DNA of 64,000 bases. Origin: Eutreptiella sp. 'Long Island Sound 2002' (Eukaryota > Protista > Euglenida). The DNA lies in NCBI GenBank assembly GCA_964036045.1, contig OZ038378.1:16368001-16432000 (forward strand). Direction: 5' to 3'. Shown in pieces: positions 11,621-23,425 of the stretch (positions are counted from its first letter, which is position 1; each line of letters starts with the position of its first letter). The position numbers and the translations under genes were made by a program. The notes beneath the pieces are model-generated. The model was not told where the DNA came from. It did no database searches and saw only the letters and a program-made list of their open reading frames with translations.

Positions 11621-12838
11621 ATCTCACAACCTCAACCCCAAGCCTGCACTCAAGGCTGGCAGTGGCCATGTCCAGTTATTGTGAATGATACATGAGGCAC
11701 ATGGGTGCTTGCTCTGAATGACGACAATTCTGCAAGTCTGAAGCTGCATCATTGCAATGGTGCGCAGTCATGGATTGAGGAGTAGAGACACCGTGCATGC
11801 TGTAGCTCATGGTTGCAATCATATCGTTCACATTTCAACCAGCACATGCAAGATACAGTTGGTCCAAGATACAAGGGGAGAGGACCTGATGTGGCGTGTG
11901 TGCAACGCGGCTATTTAGCAAAATTCACGGGCAAGGCTACAAATGTTTCATCCCCAAATATGAGGGTGTTGAACAATAATATAGGGTACCAACATTGCAC
12001 TCTAAAAGCTACAAGAGAGTTCTCTAAAAGCTAAAAGAGAGAGGCAACACAAGGCACACACAGCACCATCATTGCCCTCATCATTGACGTCGATCTCCTC
12101 ATGTACAGCAGCCCATACATGGTCGGGCACATGGGGCCAAAGTGACAGGAGAAAGATACAACGCAATGCAGCCCACAGAGGGCACTTGGAAAGTTTCACT
12201 TGGTGTTGTATGCTGTCGTTCACTTTCAAGCACTTGTACTTTGTGCCAGTTTTGCCGATGCGGAACACTTTGTCATAGGTTCCGCAACAAAGAAAAAATT
12301 GGTGGGTTACACAATTACAAGGAAACCAAGGTGCTTTTACTTACCCCCCCCATGGGGGGGGGGGGGTACATACTCCTATACCATTGATTTAGGACCTGGT
12401 CGTATATTGGAAAAGGGATGTGGGGGGCAGTGGTACTGCAATGGCAGCTTGCATGGTGCCAGTCCTTAAAGGGCGTTGGGTGCGCTGTTCGCAAATGCAG
12501 CCGTGTTGGACTAGAAGTCTCAAAAATTTCAAGAGTCTCCCTGTGTGTGCCTACCTGAGAATGCAGCTTGGTGGTAGTGCATCTGTGGATTTTGTGGACA
12601 GGAATTTATCACATCGTTTGCTGACAGATTTTGGCCTGTGCATATGATGTTTGGGGTGCTTTGTAGTTTTCAGGTTGGTTCCAGTAAACTCAACCCAATA
12701 ACATGCGCTTTGGGCAAACTTCCACTTAGGGAGCCGGTAGTTTTTTGTGGTGGTTGCTGCCTTTACCCCCCTACACCCACGCCCACTGTGATATGCAGTA
12801 CCTTCTGAGATAAAGTTGTCGGATTCCTGTTTCCACAG

Positions 12839-13270
12839 ATGTCTCTCTGCCACCGGAATCTTGTGGAGTAGCGAATCCTGAGGCAGCCTAACGGGAGGCG
12901 TCCTCCATCAGAAATGCCTTTGATGGCAGGGTTGACCGGGGCATGTGGTATCCCACAGCATGGGACACCCCCCAGTGGTACCAGATTGATGCTAGAGTAC
13001 TCCCCATCATCCGGGGCGTCATTCGACAAGGCCATGGTGAGTACAACAACCAGAACACATGGGTGACCTCCTACAAGGTCTTTGTCAGCGCAGACGAGGT
13101 TGTCTGATCCCCGGTCCACAACGTGGAGGATCACCCCATTTGGAGGATCACCCCATTTTGGGCATCGATGGGGCCCGGAACTGATGATCCTCATGAATTT
13201 TTGCTCCACGGAATCCAGCGGCCAATGCAGCTACCCATTGTGACTTAGATGGCTTGTTACCCGAAGGCAC
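12839..13270 (+). pseudogene. Disrupted discoidin / F5/8 type C domain exon
   Basis: The frame from 12901 reads SSIRNAFDGRVDRGMWYPTAWDTPQWYQIDARVLPIIRGVIRQGHGEYNNQNTWVTSYKVFVSAD, with the F5/8C motifs AFDG, QWxQID, GVxxQG and WVTSYKV. In-frame TAA at 12889 and TGA at 13105, and a 17-bp tandem duplication at 13124-13157. Acceptor ttccacAG at 12838. Confidence 0.75.
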
Positions 13271-14928
13271 ACACAGCAGCATTTTCGTTGATTTGCGGCC
13301 AGCTGTCCTGAACAAGAGGTGCCCGGAGACGTCATATTACACGAGTGTATGCAGACGGGTGCAGTGACGGTTTTTTTTTGTGTGTTGGGGCCTCCCTGGC
13401 CCAACCTACAGTTCGACGCTCCCATTGCACGGCGTAGAAGTTGGCAGCAAACCTCCGTGTTATTGAAGTGGGCTTTCGAATGTCTGTTGTTGTGTGTTGT
13501 AACAAATGGAGCTGACCCAGCCAACTTTGGGGGGGGGGGGGGGTGTAGCCTGGCCTGCGGGTGTGTCCTGGCCAGTCAATGTCACACATGTTAAATGTGC
13601 GTGATTTGAAATTGACAATGGCCCTCCACAACAGTCAATTATCAGACCCTGAACCATCAGAACTTGAAATTTTACTGCCACGGAATATTGTGACTTGGGC
13701 CCAGCTCCTGGGGTTGAGGCGCCTGCTCGATATCCCCCCACTTGTACTTGGGTGGCTGCAACGGGGTATTCTGGGGCTCCAAATTCGTACAAGAGACTTG
13801 TTGTGCATTTCAAAGACTGCTGTCTGCAACTTGGCTCATTGTAGACCCCTGAACCCTACCTGACCTCAGGCTATCGTGCGGTAGATAGAACCGTCTTGGC
13901 TGGAAGTGTACACCCAAGTGCTTCATTACCCGATTGAGCATGCCTGAGCGGGACCCGTCTCCAAGGGCACAGTCAGTGCCCATGATTACAGGTGTCCTCA
14001 CGTCCTCAGTCGTTCCTGCCCATTGCAGCCAGCTCGCCCTACTATCCAGCCCCACAAATACTTCTGAAGGCGGCAGCACCTCCCATCCAGTTGCCAGATG
14101 GGCACTGTGGTCTGCATCTGCAGACGCCAACCAACCCACTGAAAACTCGCCATGTTATGCCATACTGTACCATGGCTTGGAGGGGCGGTCAAGAGAGCGG
14201 AAACAAGACGCCTTGTGGCATTTGGCAGTGCCACAACCAGTTTTCATGGGTTTGCCGCTTTTATTACTTCGCCCAAAACTGACCCAAAAAGGTCTCAGTC
14301 CTTTTCTGTGTGTCACCAACCACCCCCAATAAACTAGAATGGGGACAGCAGTGCTCACTGCCCCAAGAGAATAGTGACCAGCTGTACCTGAATGTCAACC
14401 ATCCCGACCCCATTCTTATAGTGTATGACGTGCAATCCGCTGACGCATCTCAGCCTTCAATCTTCGCACCCTTATTTTTTTACAGCATACAGTCATTGTG
14501 CCTCATGCACACTGGGAAGCCTACGGGCGTGGCAGTCTCCCACTGCATCACCTGGTTTCAGATTCAACTAATCCTCACTGCGTGTCAGATCCGCTACCAC
14601 ACCGTTGTGGGATCATCGTAGCACTGGACAGCTCTAAACCTTGAACCCAAGAATTTATCTCGGGTACTGTGAAGTAAGCAGGCTACGCCAGCTCATCTTA
14701 GTCTGAACCAAAAAAAAACTGACCCAAAAAGGTGGGCTGCCATCTTTGAGGTTCGGTTTGGACTTCGTAGCGGTGCGAGTCAATTTGTACAATCACAACA
14801 CTTGGGGTATGTCGGTCAGGGCCCGATTTTGGCGGTCTTTCTTGTTGTTGCTGAGCGTGCATCCAGTCCCCTTCGTCCATGCTTTTTTGGCAGCCTCTAG
14901 CTTTGCTCTGCTTGCGCAAAGCGCAACC

Positions 14929-15325
14929 ATGTTGCGCCTTCGGCTCAGCCGGCTGACGGACGCCAAATGGGCGCGGCAAATCGAGCAGGACATAGTGTAC
15001 GAATGGAAGGCGCACTACATCGATTACCAGGCGATTGCAAGGGTCGGATTAACGCCTGGGTCCTATGAAGGGCACGGGTCCCATGAAAGCCTCAGGTCCC
15101 GTGAAAGCCCCACGCCCAGGCCGGCGACGCCCTCACGTGCTGAGAGCAACTCTTTCGATGAGGATACCATCAAGCGTACCAACAGCAAATGGGAGACAGT
15201 GATAGAACTTGTACGGTCCCCTGGTGCTCCGCTGGTGGCGCATTCCGATGCGATGCGCCACTTGTTTTCCGATGAGGTGAACAAAGTGGGAGTCTGGTCC
15301 CAAGAGCAATTTGACAAGTTTGCAG
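14929..15325 (+). CDS. XPR1: SPX-EXS phosphate exporter (XPR1/SYG1/PHO1 family), exon 1 (SPX N-terminus)
   Basis: ATG at 14929 follows a T-rich tract with AGs at 14893/14900. KWARQIEQDIVYEWKAHYIDY matches the SPX start motif, and LFSDEVNKV follows. Donor GTGAGT at 15326, phase 1. Confidence 0.88.
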
Positions 15326-15382
15326 GTGAGTAGCAGCGCGCTGTGTCGTATTTCCTGCGTCCGTTTGTGTGTGTGTGCTTGC

Positions 15383-15877
<495 letters not shown>

Positions 15878-17025
15878 TTTGACTGTGTAATTGGGGTAAT
15901 GTGAACAAAATGGCGGTGCATTATCTGCAGACTGCACGCCCCCTTTTCATTCCGCAAGCCACTTTTCATCAGACCATTCCCACCTCCCGCGTAGCATGTC
16001 AATGTGCTTTCGGGGCTGATTCGGCGTACGCACCGCTCGACCGCTCACACAGTGCACACACTCACTCACGCGCCGCACACGCGTAGCACATGGCAACCGT
16101 AGAACAGGGAGATGCCCGTCGGCCCTGTTGCCCCCAGCCCTACCCCCATGGGTATGGCGGGGGGATGCTATTTGTCCAGACAGTGCCTGTTTGACTCAGT
16201 GATTCAAATCCTTTCTCCTGAGTTCCTTTTCAGCCACAAATCTTGCCCTGTATGCCCCCGCCCCCAGCGCCTGCTCGATGGACAAGGGGCGTATTGCGCG
16301 TTGTGCACGCGCTGTGCACGAAGGCTGTGCAAGACCATACCCAAGCTGCATAGTGGTGGTGTGAGCATCGGTGATGGGGGCTTCTCGCACCCTACTCAAT
16401 CTCATCGCCTGCACGGCCGAGGAAGTGTGTGTGTGTGTGTGTGAGAGAGAGATACGTGGGCATGTGTTAATGTGTGTGACTTCATAGCATGCACGGGCCA
16501 TGACGTTTAACTCCCAGGATTCCTACTGAGCAACAGCTGAACAATTGTTCAATGCTCCGTATGAGCGTCGCTGCGAGGCTGCGGACTACCCTGGCCATTT
16601 GACCCCTCCTGCGCCAGCATTGGGCAATACGACGTGTGTCGCTCCTACCCTGTTCCGAGTTGCTCTGGAACCCGATTTGAGGGGTTGGAAATCGCTACGA
16701 ACCCTCCGAATTCGGCCACTTGACCTTCGCGAGCCTCAGCCTCAACCCCCCCCCCCCAAAGACCAGTGAACAGTGAGCTGGCATCGGACTTTGAGTCCTT
16801 TCTGGGCCGGGTGTCCCCCACAGTCCCCGGCCACCACCTCCAGGGGGCTCCCCGTGTGGCAGCAGGGAAGCAGGGAATGGTGCTAGAGTTGGCCCAGGAT
16901 GCACTGCAGCCCGGACCTAGCAGCTCGTGCAAGCACCGATGCCCTGGGAGGGTGCCCCTGCGCAGGCTGCGCGGTACTGCCGTACTTCAGGGCCGTGTGC
17001 TGCAACACTCACCACACCACCGCAG

Positions 17026-17378
17026 GTCAGATCAAAGAGCTGGGCGGCTGCGTCAAGGACTACTTCCGAATGCCCTCCAAGACGAGGAAAACGGTGCGGA
17101 GGGCCCTGGAGGAGTGTTACAACTCATTGGCCGTGCTCCAGAACTACTGCTCACAGAACGCTGTCATCCTTCATGAAGTGGCCCATGCCCTGCATTCGCG
17201 CAGTGATTACTGGCAGTGGATTGTGAAGACTGCAGAAGATCCCCCCCAGTTCATGAAGGTGATGGAGGAGATCCCGAAAATGAGGCTGCAGTGCTGCAAG
17301 CACTATGCGAAGGTGCTGGAGGAGCGCACCGTCATCACCCCGCAGGCAGCCGAGGACATCCTCCGGACGAAAAGCAAG
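17026..17378 (+). CDS. XPR1: SPX-EXS exon 2 (SPX C-terminal helices and linker)
   Basis: Acceptor ccgcAG at 17025, phase 1 match (FAG/QIKE). ECYNSLAVLQNYCSQN aligns with the SPX motif EFYLSLILLQNYQNLN. Donor GT at 17379, phase 0. Confidence 0.88.
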
Positions 17379-20049
17379 GTTTTCCTGCCATGCTGTTGTT
17401 TGCGGATGGCATTTGTGTTTTTAACAGTGTGCATTGCCAAATTCTGTGGTGGGCACTGAGGGGCACACCCCCTCCCATCGCCACCCCCTTCATCACCCCC
17501 CTGTCTCACTAGCACCGAGCGCACCACCGACGGCTGATGTATTGCACTTCCCATATGATCAGTGGTGAGGCAGGACATCCTCCAAATTTTACAGTCATGG
17601 GCAATACTGCACGCAAACCCTGCCACAGCGTTGGCAGCGGAGTGGACCCCACGGGGGCAGTGATTCTGCAATGGAGCAGTGGGATCATTCCACCCTGACC
17701 CAGAAAATTGCATCGCGCCGCGCCACCCCCTCCCCATAGACACAACCGTTTCGCATAGACATGGCACTGGACGCCGGTTGTACTACACAGCCCCCAACCC
17801 GCCGTTATGAAACAAGCCTCCGCTTTCCAAATATCTCCCTCTGTCTTTCCCTGTCCCTCCATTTTCCTCCAATTCTCTGTCTCCTCATTGCCCTCTACTC
17901 TCATTCACCCCCGAGGAGGCTTTCACGGACAGGCACCACGGATTACAACGTGCCCTACCCTGTTTTCACACCACCACCCGTTCCCGCCAACTTCTCCATT
18001 GCCGCCTTTCTTGATACCACCTTCAGTCCCTTGCCCCAATTAGAGTATTGTCAGAAATGTATTGTAAAATGTGTCAGGGCGTCATACAAGGGGTCGGGAT
18101 GGTACGGGGCGTCAATGCGCGCTCGTTTATGTGTACAACGTGTCCCGATGCATCCTGACGCCTTGCATGACCCCGACACACCGCGACACCCAACATATCC
18201 TGATATTGTACGAGATACAAATTTAGAAGTACATAGTATATGAATGTAAAGTATGAAGTATACAGTGTGGTGAATTTTTGTGCAGTATATGGCACATGCA
18301 TAAGCAATATGAATGCAGTATACAGTGCGTACATACGCAAGCACGCAGTAGTAAGTGGGAGCGCTAATCCTGCGTCGCCTGCGGCGCGCCCTGCAGCACG
18401 GATTTCAGGTAATTGTCCCAAAATACAGGCCAAATAGTGGTGCGTACATAAAAAGCACTTTTTCCATCATGTAAACCTCCACACACCACTTCTTCTCGTA
18501 TTTGATTGCTGCATTCTCCTTTTTGGGCCTCTTTCCTTCACAAATGGTGCATTTGTTTTCCATCCCCAATACGGTGTGGCATAACCTAGTCACTTTGTGA
18601 CCAGTGTATATTTCCTGAACAGTGTACACTGAAGCTAATTACCCTTACCCTGCGGCACCTGTGGCGTGTCTGCAGCTCCCAAGAAGCGTTCCTAGTGTCT
18701 TACACCCACACCCACACACACACACATACACACATTGCAAAAGGTGCGATCATTGTGCTCCACAACCACCCCTCCCCCTCCCCATATCCCACCCCAGCCC
18801 ACCCGTAACCCGCGCCACCTGCCATCCCCATGTGCACATGTGAACATCATCATTGGACTGTTTTTGGGAAGGTGGCCCAAGGCCCCTTTCCTTCATGTTG
18901 GCACTTTCCGTTTACAACATGCACAGACTACCAACCCGAAACGTGTTGGGTACATTACAGGTGTATGTAACAATGGCCATGGTACACTCTTGCCTCCCCC
19001 CCCCCCCCGACCCACCCACCCAATACTCAGTGGAATTTTTGAGACACATAAAAACACCCTACCCCTATGTGTGGGAGTGAGAAACTCGAGAAACCCATGT
19101 TTTAGATGGATTTTAGATGGTTGGGATACACTATTGGAACCCAAGGGTATTCGCTGCTCTTAGGATCCTAACCAGAGTACTGAAAGCAAACACTTTACCC
19201 TAAACATAGCCCACACCACCCCTGTATACACCCAACAATATGGCAATGTGGTGTATTTGACTCATTTTTGTTCATTTCAATGTTGGCCAGACTAGCATTT
19301 GGGGTGAAAAGGACTAGTTCAGGGGTTTCGGATCATAAGTTTACCTAATTTTAGCACTCTGTTCGGGATCCCAGCAGTACTGATGTTAAACCTCATTTTT
19401 CACTTGTGTGGGCCTCCCACCACCTCCCCACTGTTTCATTTGACTCCCAAAACCAATTTTTCTTTTAACCCCCCCCCCCCAAAAAAAATATTGCCATGTT
19501 TCTACACACACGTTAATGTGGGTGTATACCACATTCATGTGTGTATACCTACCTGACGCACAAGGAAGTGTGGAACACCCAACGTGTCGGGACGTGTCTG
19601 CAATCAACGTGTTGTACAAGGCATTGGGGCCCAACACGTCACGGTGGAGTCGGGATGCACGAGGCGCCAATGCATTGTAAAAATACCATTTTGACTTCTG
19701 GGCCCCATCATACAGGCTGACTCAAGTAACTCCTCAGGCACAATTGTCTGGATGATGCAGCGCACCACTGATGTGGTGATGCGGGATCCCACAAGATTGC
19801 CTCACTCGTCGATCCCCCCCCCCCCAAAATAAACCGTCCCTCCTTCCAACATCCACACTCACCAATGGCCACACACAGCCCGGAGCTGTGTGTGGCTCCC
19901 ACAAAGCACAACCAAATGTGTTGGAAGGACCAACCAGCAAACCTACTCCACTTTTACGCCTCACCCCCCCCCCCCCCCCAGTTCTACTGGCACACTTACT
20001 TGGACCCCCCGCCCCAATCGTTTTCATCATTCACCGGGTATTACTGCAG

Positions 20050-20546
20050 GTGCCGGATCTGTCTTTTGGCTCCGGAGTGTCCCTGGGTCTCCACATTGGG
20101 ATGTGCGTCCCGCTGCTGTTCGCGGCCATGACCCTCCTCTTCCTTGACGCCGCGAAGGTGGTGCGCCGGAGCCATCACAAGATTCCCGCCGGGCCCTCGA
20201 CCGAGGACCTGATGTACTCGGCCGTCCCAGTCTTTCGCGGGACCGCGGTGCTGATCCTGGCGATCTTCCTCTGGGGCATGGTCTCGAAGCTCATTGAGAG
20301 AAAGAAATGCAACTACGTCGTCATTCTGGATCTGGACCCGCGGACCAAAATGCACTGGAAACAGACCCTGTCCTTCGGGGCGTTCTGGGCCGCGGCCTGG
20401 CTCTGGACCTGGTGCATCTTCACGGCACACGTGAAGCATCACGTGGTCATCATCCCTGAGCACGTGCTGCCCCCGGTCCTCATCCCCTGCGTCTTCCTCG
20501 TGTTCTTCTTCTTCATGGCACTGTGCCCCTTCGACATTCTGCACAG
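20050..20546 (+). CDS. XPR1: SPX-EXS exon 3 (first TM helices)
   Basis: Acceptor ctgcAG at 20049. Encodes PVFRG, LWG, NYVVILDLDPR and LCPFDILH, typical of the XPR1/SYG1 N-terminal membrane region. Donor GTGTGG at 20547, phase 2. Confidence 0.92.
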
Positions 20547-22405
20547 GTGTGGTCCGTCCAGACCCTCTCGACGACAGCAGTCCTCCATCCACGGAGAGGG
20601 TGGGGGGTGACGCTGCTGATGTGAGTCTGGGAACCTTTTCCCGAGGGCCTTACTTCAGCATATCGATGGTTGGAACAGAGACCTGAACAAGAAAAAGTCA
20701 ATTCTGCACTGGCGGTGTCCATTGGGGGCGGCACAACACATGCACCTTTGTTTCCTTCCCCACTGACTCCCCCACGTTGTCCCTTTGCATGTGACCGCCC
20801 AGTCTCAGCCCCGTGCACATTGTTCCTCGTCTGATCAAATAAGGACTCAACAGGTTGACCAACTCAGAAATGGACTCAACTGCAAACCCGCAGAACTCCT
20901 TGGCGGAAGGAAATGGCCAAATGCAAGAGTGTAGAAGTTACGAAAATTCAGTGGGACCACTCCGGCGATGCAGCAACGGGCTGCGTCTTATCCCCTGCCG
21001 TATTGGTGCTTGCCAGGCTCCTTCAAAATGTATCTGTAGAGCGTGCCTGGGTTTCAGAGCCCCAGGGACGGGGTTTGGAAAAGGGGCTCCCCCCCCCCCC
21101 TCCCGACATTTATGTTTTCATCCACACCCACGCCACCCCACAACAGGGCTTGACCCAAAACGTAGCCTCGGAAAAATTCATTTTTGAATAAGCAACCCCT
21201 TGCAAGGCCCACCCAGACCTCCCGACCCCTCTTGTTGTGTGTTGCTGGCACAGCTGTGTCCACCTTCTGTTGGGTGTGAGTGCTGTTGCCAATGCTGAAT
21301 GGAGTCAATAAATGTGACGAGAGAAATCTGTCATTTTTCAGCAACTCTTTGTGGTGACAAGGGATGGCCCGGTCATGGATACATATGAGAACGCAGGTGC
21401 CGTTGGCAACAAACTCATGGCAAACAGGAACAACAACACATGTAGCTAGATATGTTAACAAGGCATGGGCTCTGTCGGTGGTCATTCATCTTGGCATATT
21501 CTTCGGCTCAGTGCCTCGGTGTAGTCGGTACTATTGGCGGATTGCAAGGTCGCTCTGAGGCATCCTGAGGAGGCCACAAGCGATTTCCGTCAGCATGCCT
21601 GGTAGAGTTCCACCGTGCATAAGCATAAGGTCAGGTAGGCACTGGCCCACCAAGGTGCCCGTACAAATTGGGGTGGGGACACAGTATTCTGCCCGAACGA
21701 AGTGGCTAGTGTCTGGCTAACAAAGTGTCTGTACAAATCGGTTGGTGTCCAGGCCGGTGAAGTGCCTGCACAGGTCAGGTCAGTCACCATGCCCGTACCA
21801 ATCAGTCGGCAGTAGGACTGTTGAACCTCGCAGCTTGAGCATGCGTCGGATTGATGCCTTGGTACAAATTAGCCGGCATCCAGGTTGGCAAAGTGCCTGC
21901 ATATGGCCGGTGCAACTGGATATCTGTTCTGGGATATGCTTGGCTCCCTAAGAATCTGCTTGAGCAAAGTGCTTGACTGCCATTTGCCCTGAAAGATTGG
22001 TTATGTGACAATAACTCTTTTTCTGCCAGGCTCCCGACCGTATTCCTGCATATTTCGCCATTTCCATTTGTCATTGGTAGGAACCGTACCATGTTTTCCT
22101 TTACAATCCAGCTGCATGTGAGGGAGTATGCAGGAAGAAGTTTCGCTCAGATTGAAGCAATTCAAATGAATAGGGACGGATGCGTCAGTCGCATCATTAT
22201 TCTTATCATCCTCATCCTCGTTGGCGTTCTCTTCAATGTCGTTCTGACGGGTGATCCACACATACAGAATAGCTTTGTTACCGTGTTTAGCAACAACCTT
22301 TATGGAACACCCCCCTCCTCCTGACAAACGGGAACTGGTGCATGCATGTGTGAGTTGCACACACTCCCCTTTTCAGAACCGTGTAGATTCGCATTGCACA
22401 TGCAG

Positions 22406-22733
22406 GCACACCCGCTGGTGGATCCTGAAGCAGTTCAGCGACGTAGTCTGCAGCCCATTCGTCGCGGTCACGTTCGCTGCCAATTTCATCGGTGACTACA
22501 TGACGAGCACCGTCAAGGCTTTCATTGACCTGCAGTACAGCATCTGCTTCTACGGCTCCGGGGCATGGCGCACACTCGACATGGGGTACTGTAAGCAGAA
22601 CCCTTGGGTCCCCTTTTTCATCACCCTCCTGCCCCTGACTTGGCGACTGCTCCAGTGCATCCGCCGCTTCAAGGACACCAACGCACGCATGCACCTTGCG
22701 AATTGCGGCAAGTACGCCACGTCGATCCTGACG
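22406..22733 (+). CDS. XPR1: SPX-EXS exon 4 (EXS domain)
   Basis: Acceptor atgcAG at 22405. Encodes RWWILK, VTFAANFIGDYMTS, LPLTWRLLQCIRRF and HLANCGKY, all EXS motifs. Donor GTATGA at 22734, phase 0. Confidence 0.95.
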
Positions 22734-23204
22734 GTATGAAGGCAGGGCTGTGAGGTAGAAGGTGCACGGGCCATGTGTCTGAAAAAGGGCCCGCCGTGCA
22801 CTGTGCGGAAGATGGGCCGTGCTCAGCCGCCCCCCCCCCCCCCCCTTGTCCAAGCTGACGAACAAATTGTTATAATCTTAGAGCTAAATAATTCTGGGGA
22901 AGTTGTGCGTCTAAAGTTACTTGTGCGCGGAAAACAATTTATTGCGAAAAAAAGGTAATTCCAGGCGAACAATCAAAAAAGAACACACAATGACGCGGAA
23001 TTCAAAATATTAGCAAAAATTACATTAATTCTTTGCATCATTTTAAGTGTCATCTTGTATAAAGGTTCATGGGTACAAGAAATTCTGAAATTCTGTTGCA
23101 CCCAATGTTTCTCTGCCTCTTTTCCTCGCCACCCTGTGCACCATGTTCCCTATGCAACATTTCTTCTCTGTCATTCCATATGAGACGCCTGTCCAACGCT
23201 ACAG

Positions 23205-23425
23205 AAATAACCGCATCCAACCAGAGAGAATCAGGAAGTAACATCATGCAACCAGAGAGCACCCGAAAATAACAGCATCCATCCAGAGCGCACCAAGAAA
23301 TAATGGCATCCAACCAAAGAGCACCAAGAAGTCACAGCATGCAACCAGTGAGCACCACGGCATGACAGCATCCATCCAGAGACCACCAGGAAATAACAGC
23401 ATCCGTCCAGACACCACCAGGAAGT
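23205..23425 (+). repeat. ~31-bp degenerate minisatellite (AAATAACAGCATCCATCCAGAGCACCACCAGG-like), about 7 units
   Basis: Tandem units are visible directly. Related single units occur at about 24397-24455 and 25043-25070. Confidence 0.88.

Noticed and set aside
12839-13270. Stop-codon reassignment (TGA at a conserved Trp position, plus TAA and TAG in frame) in the discoidin fragment
   Set aside because: The three long intact genes (over 2000 codons) contain no internal stops, and the fragment also has a frameshifting duplication. Pseudogenisation explains it.
16518-16770. Extra SPX-EXS exon after the AG at 16517
   Set aside because: The phase-1 frame hits TGA within 8 codons, and exon 1 joins exon 2 directly to give a continuous SPX domain.
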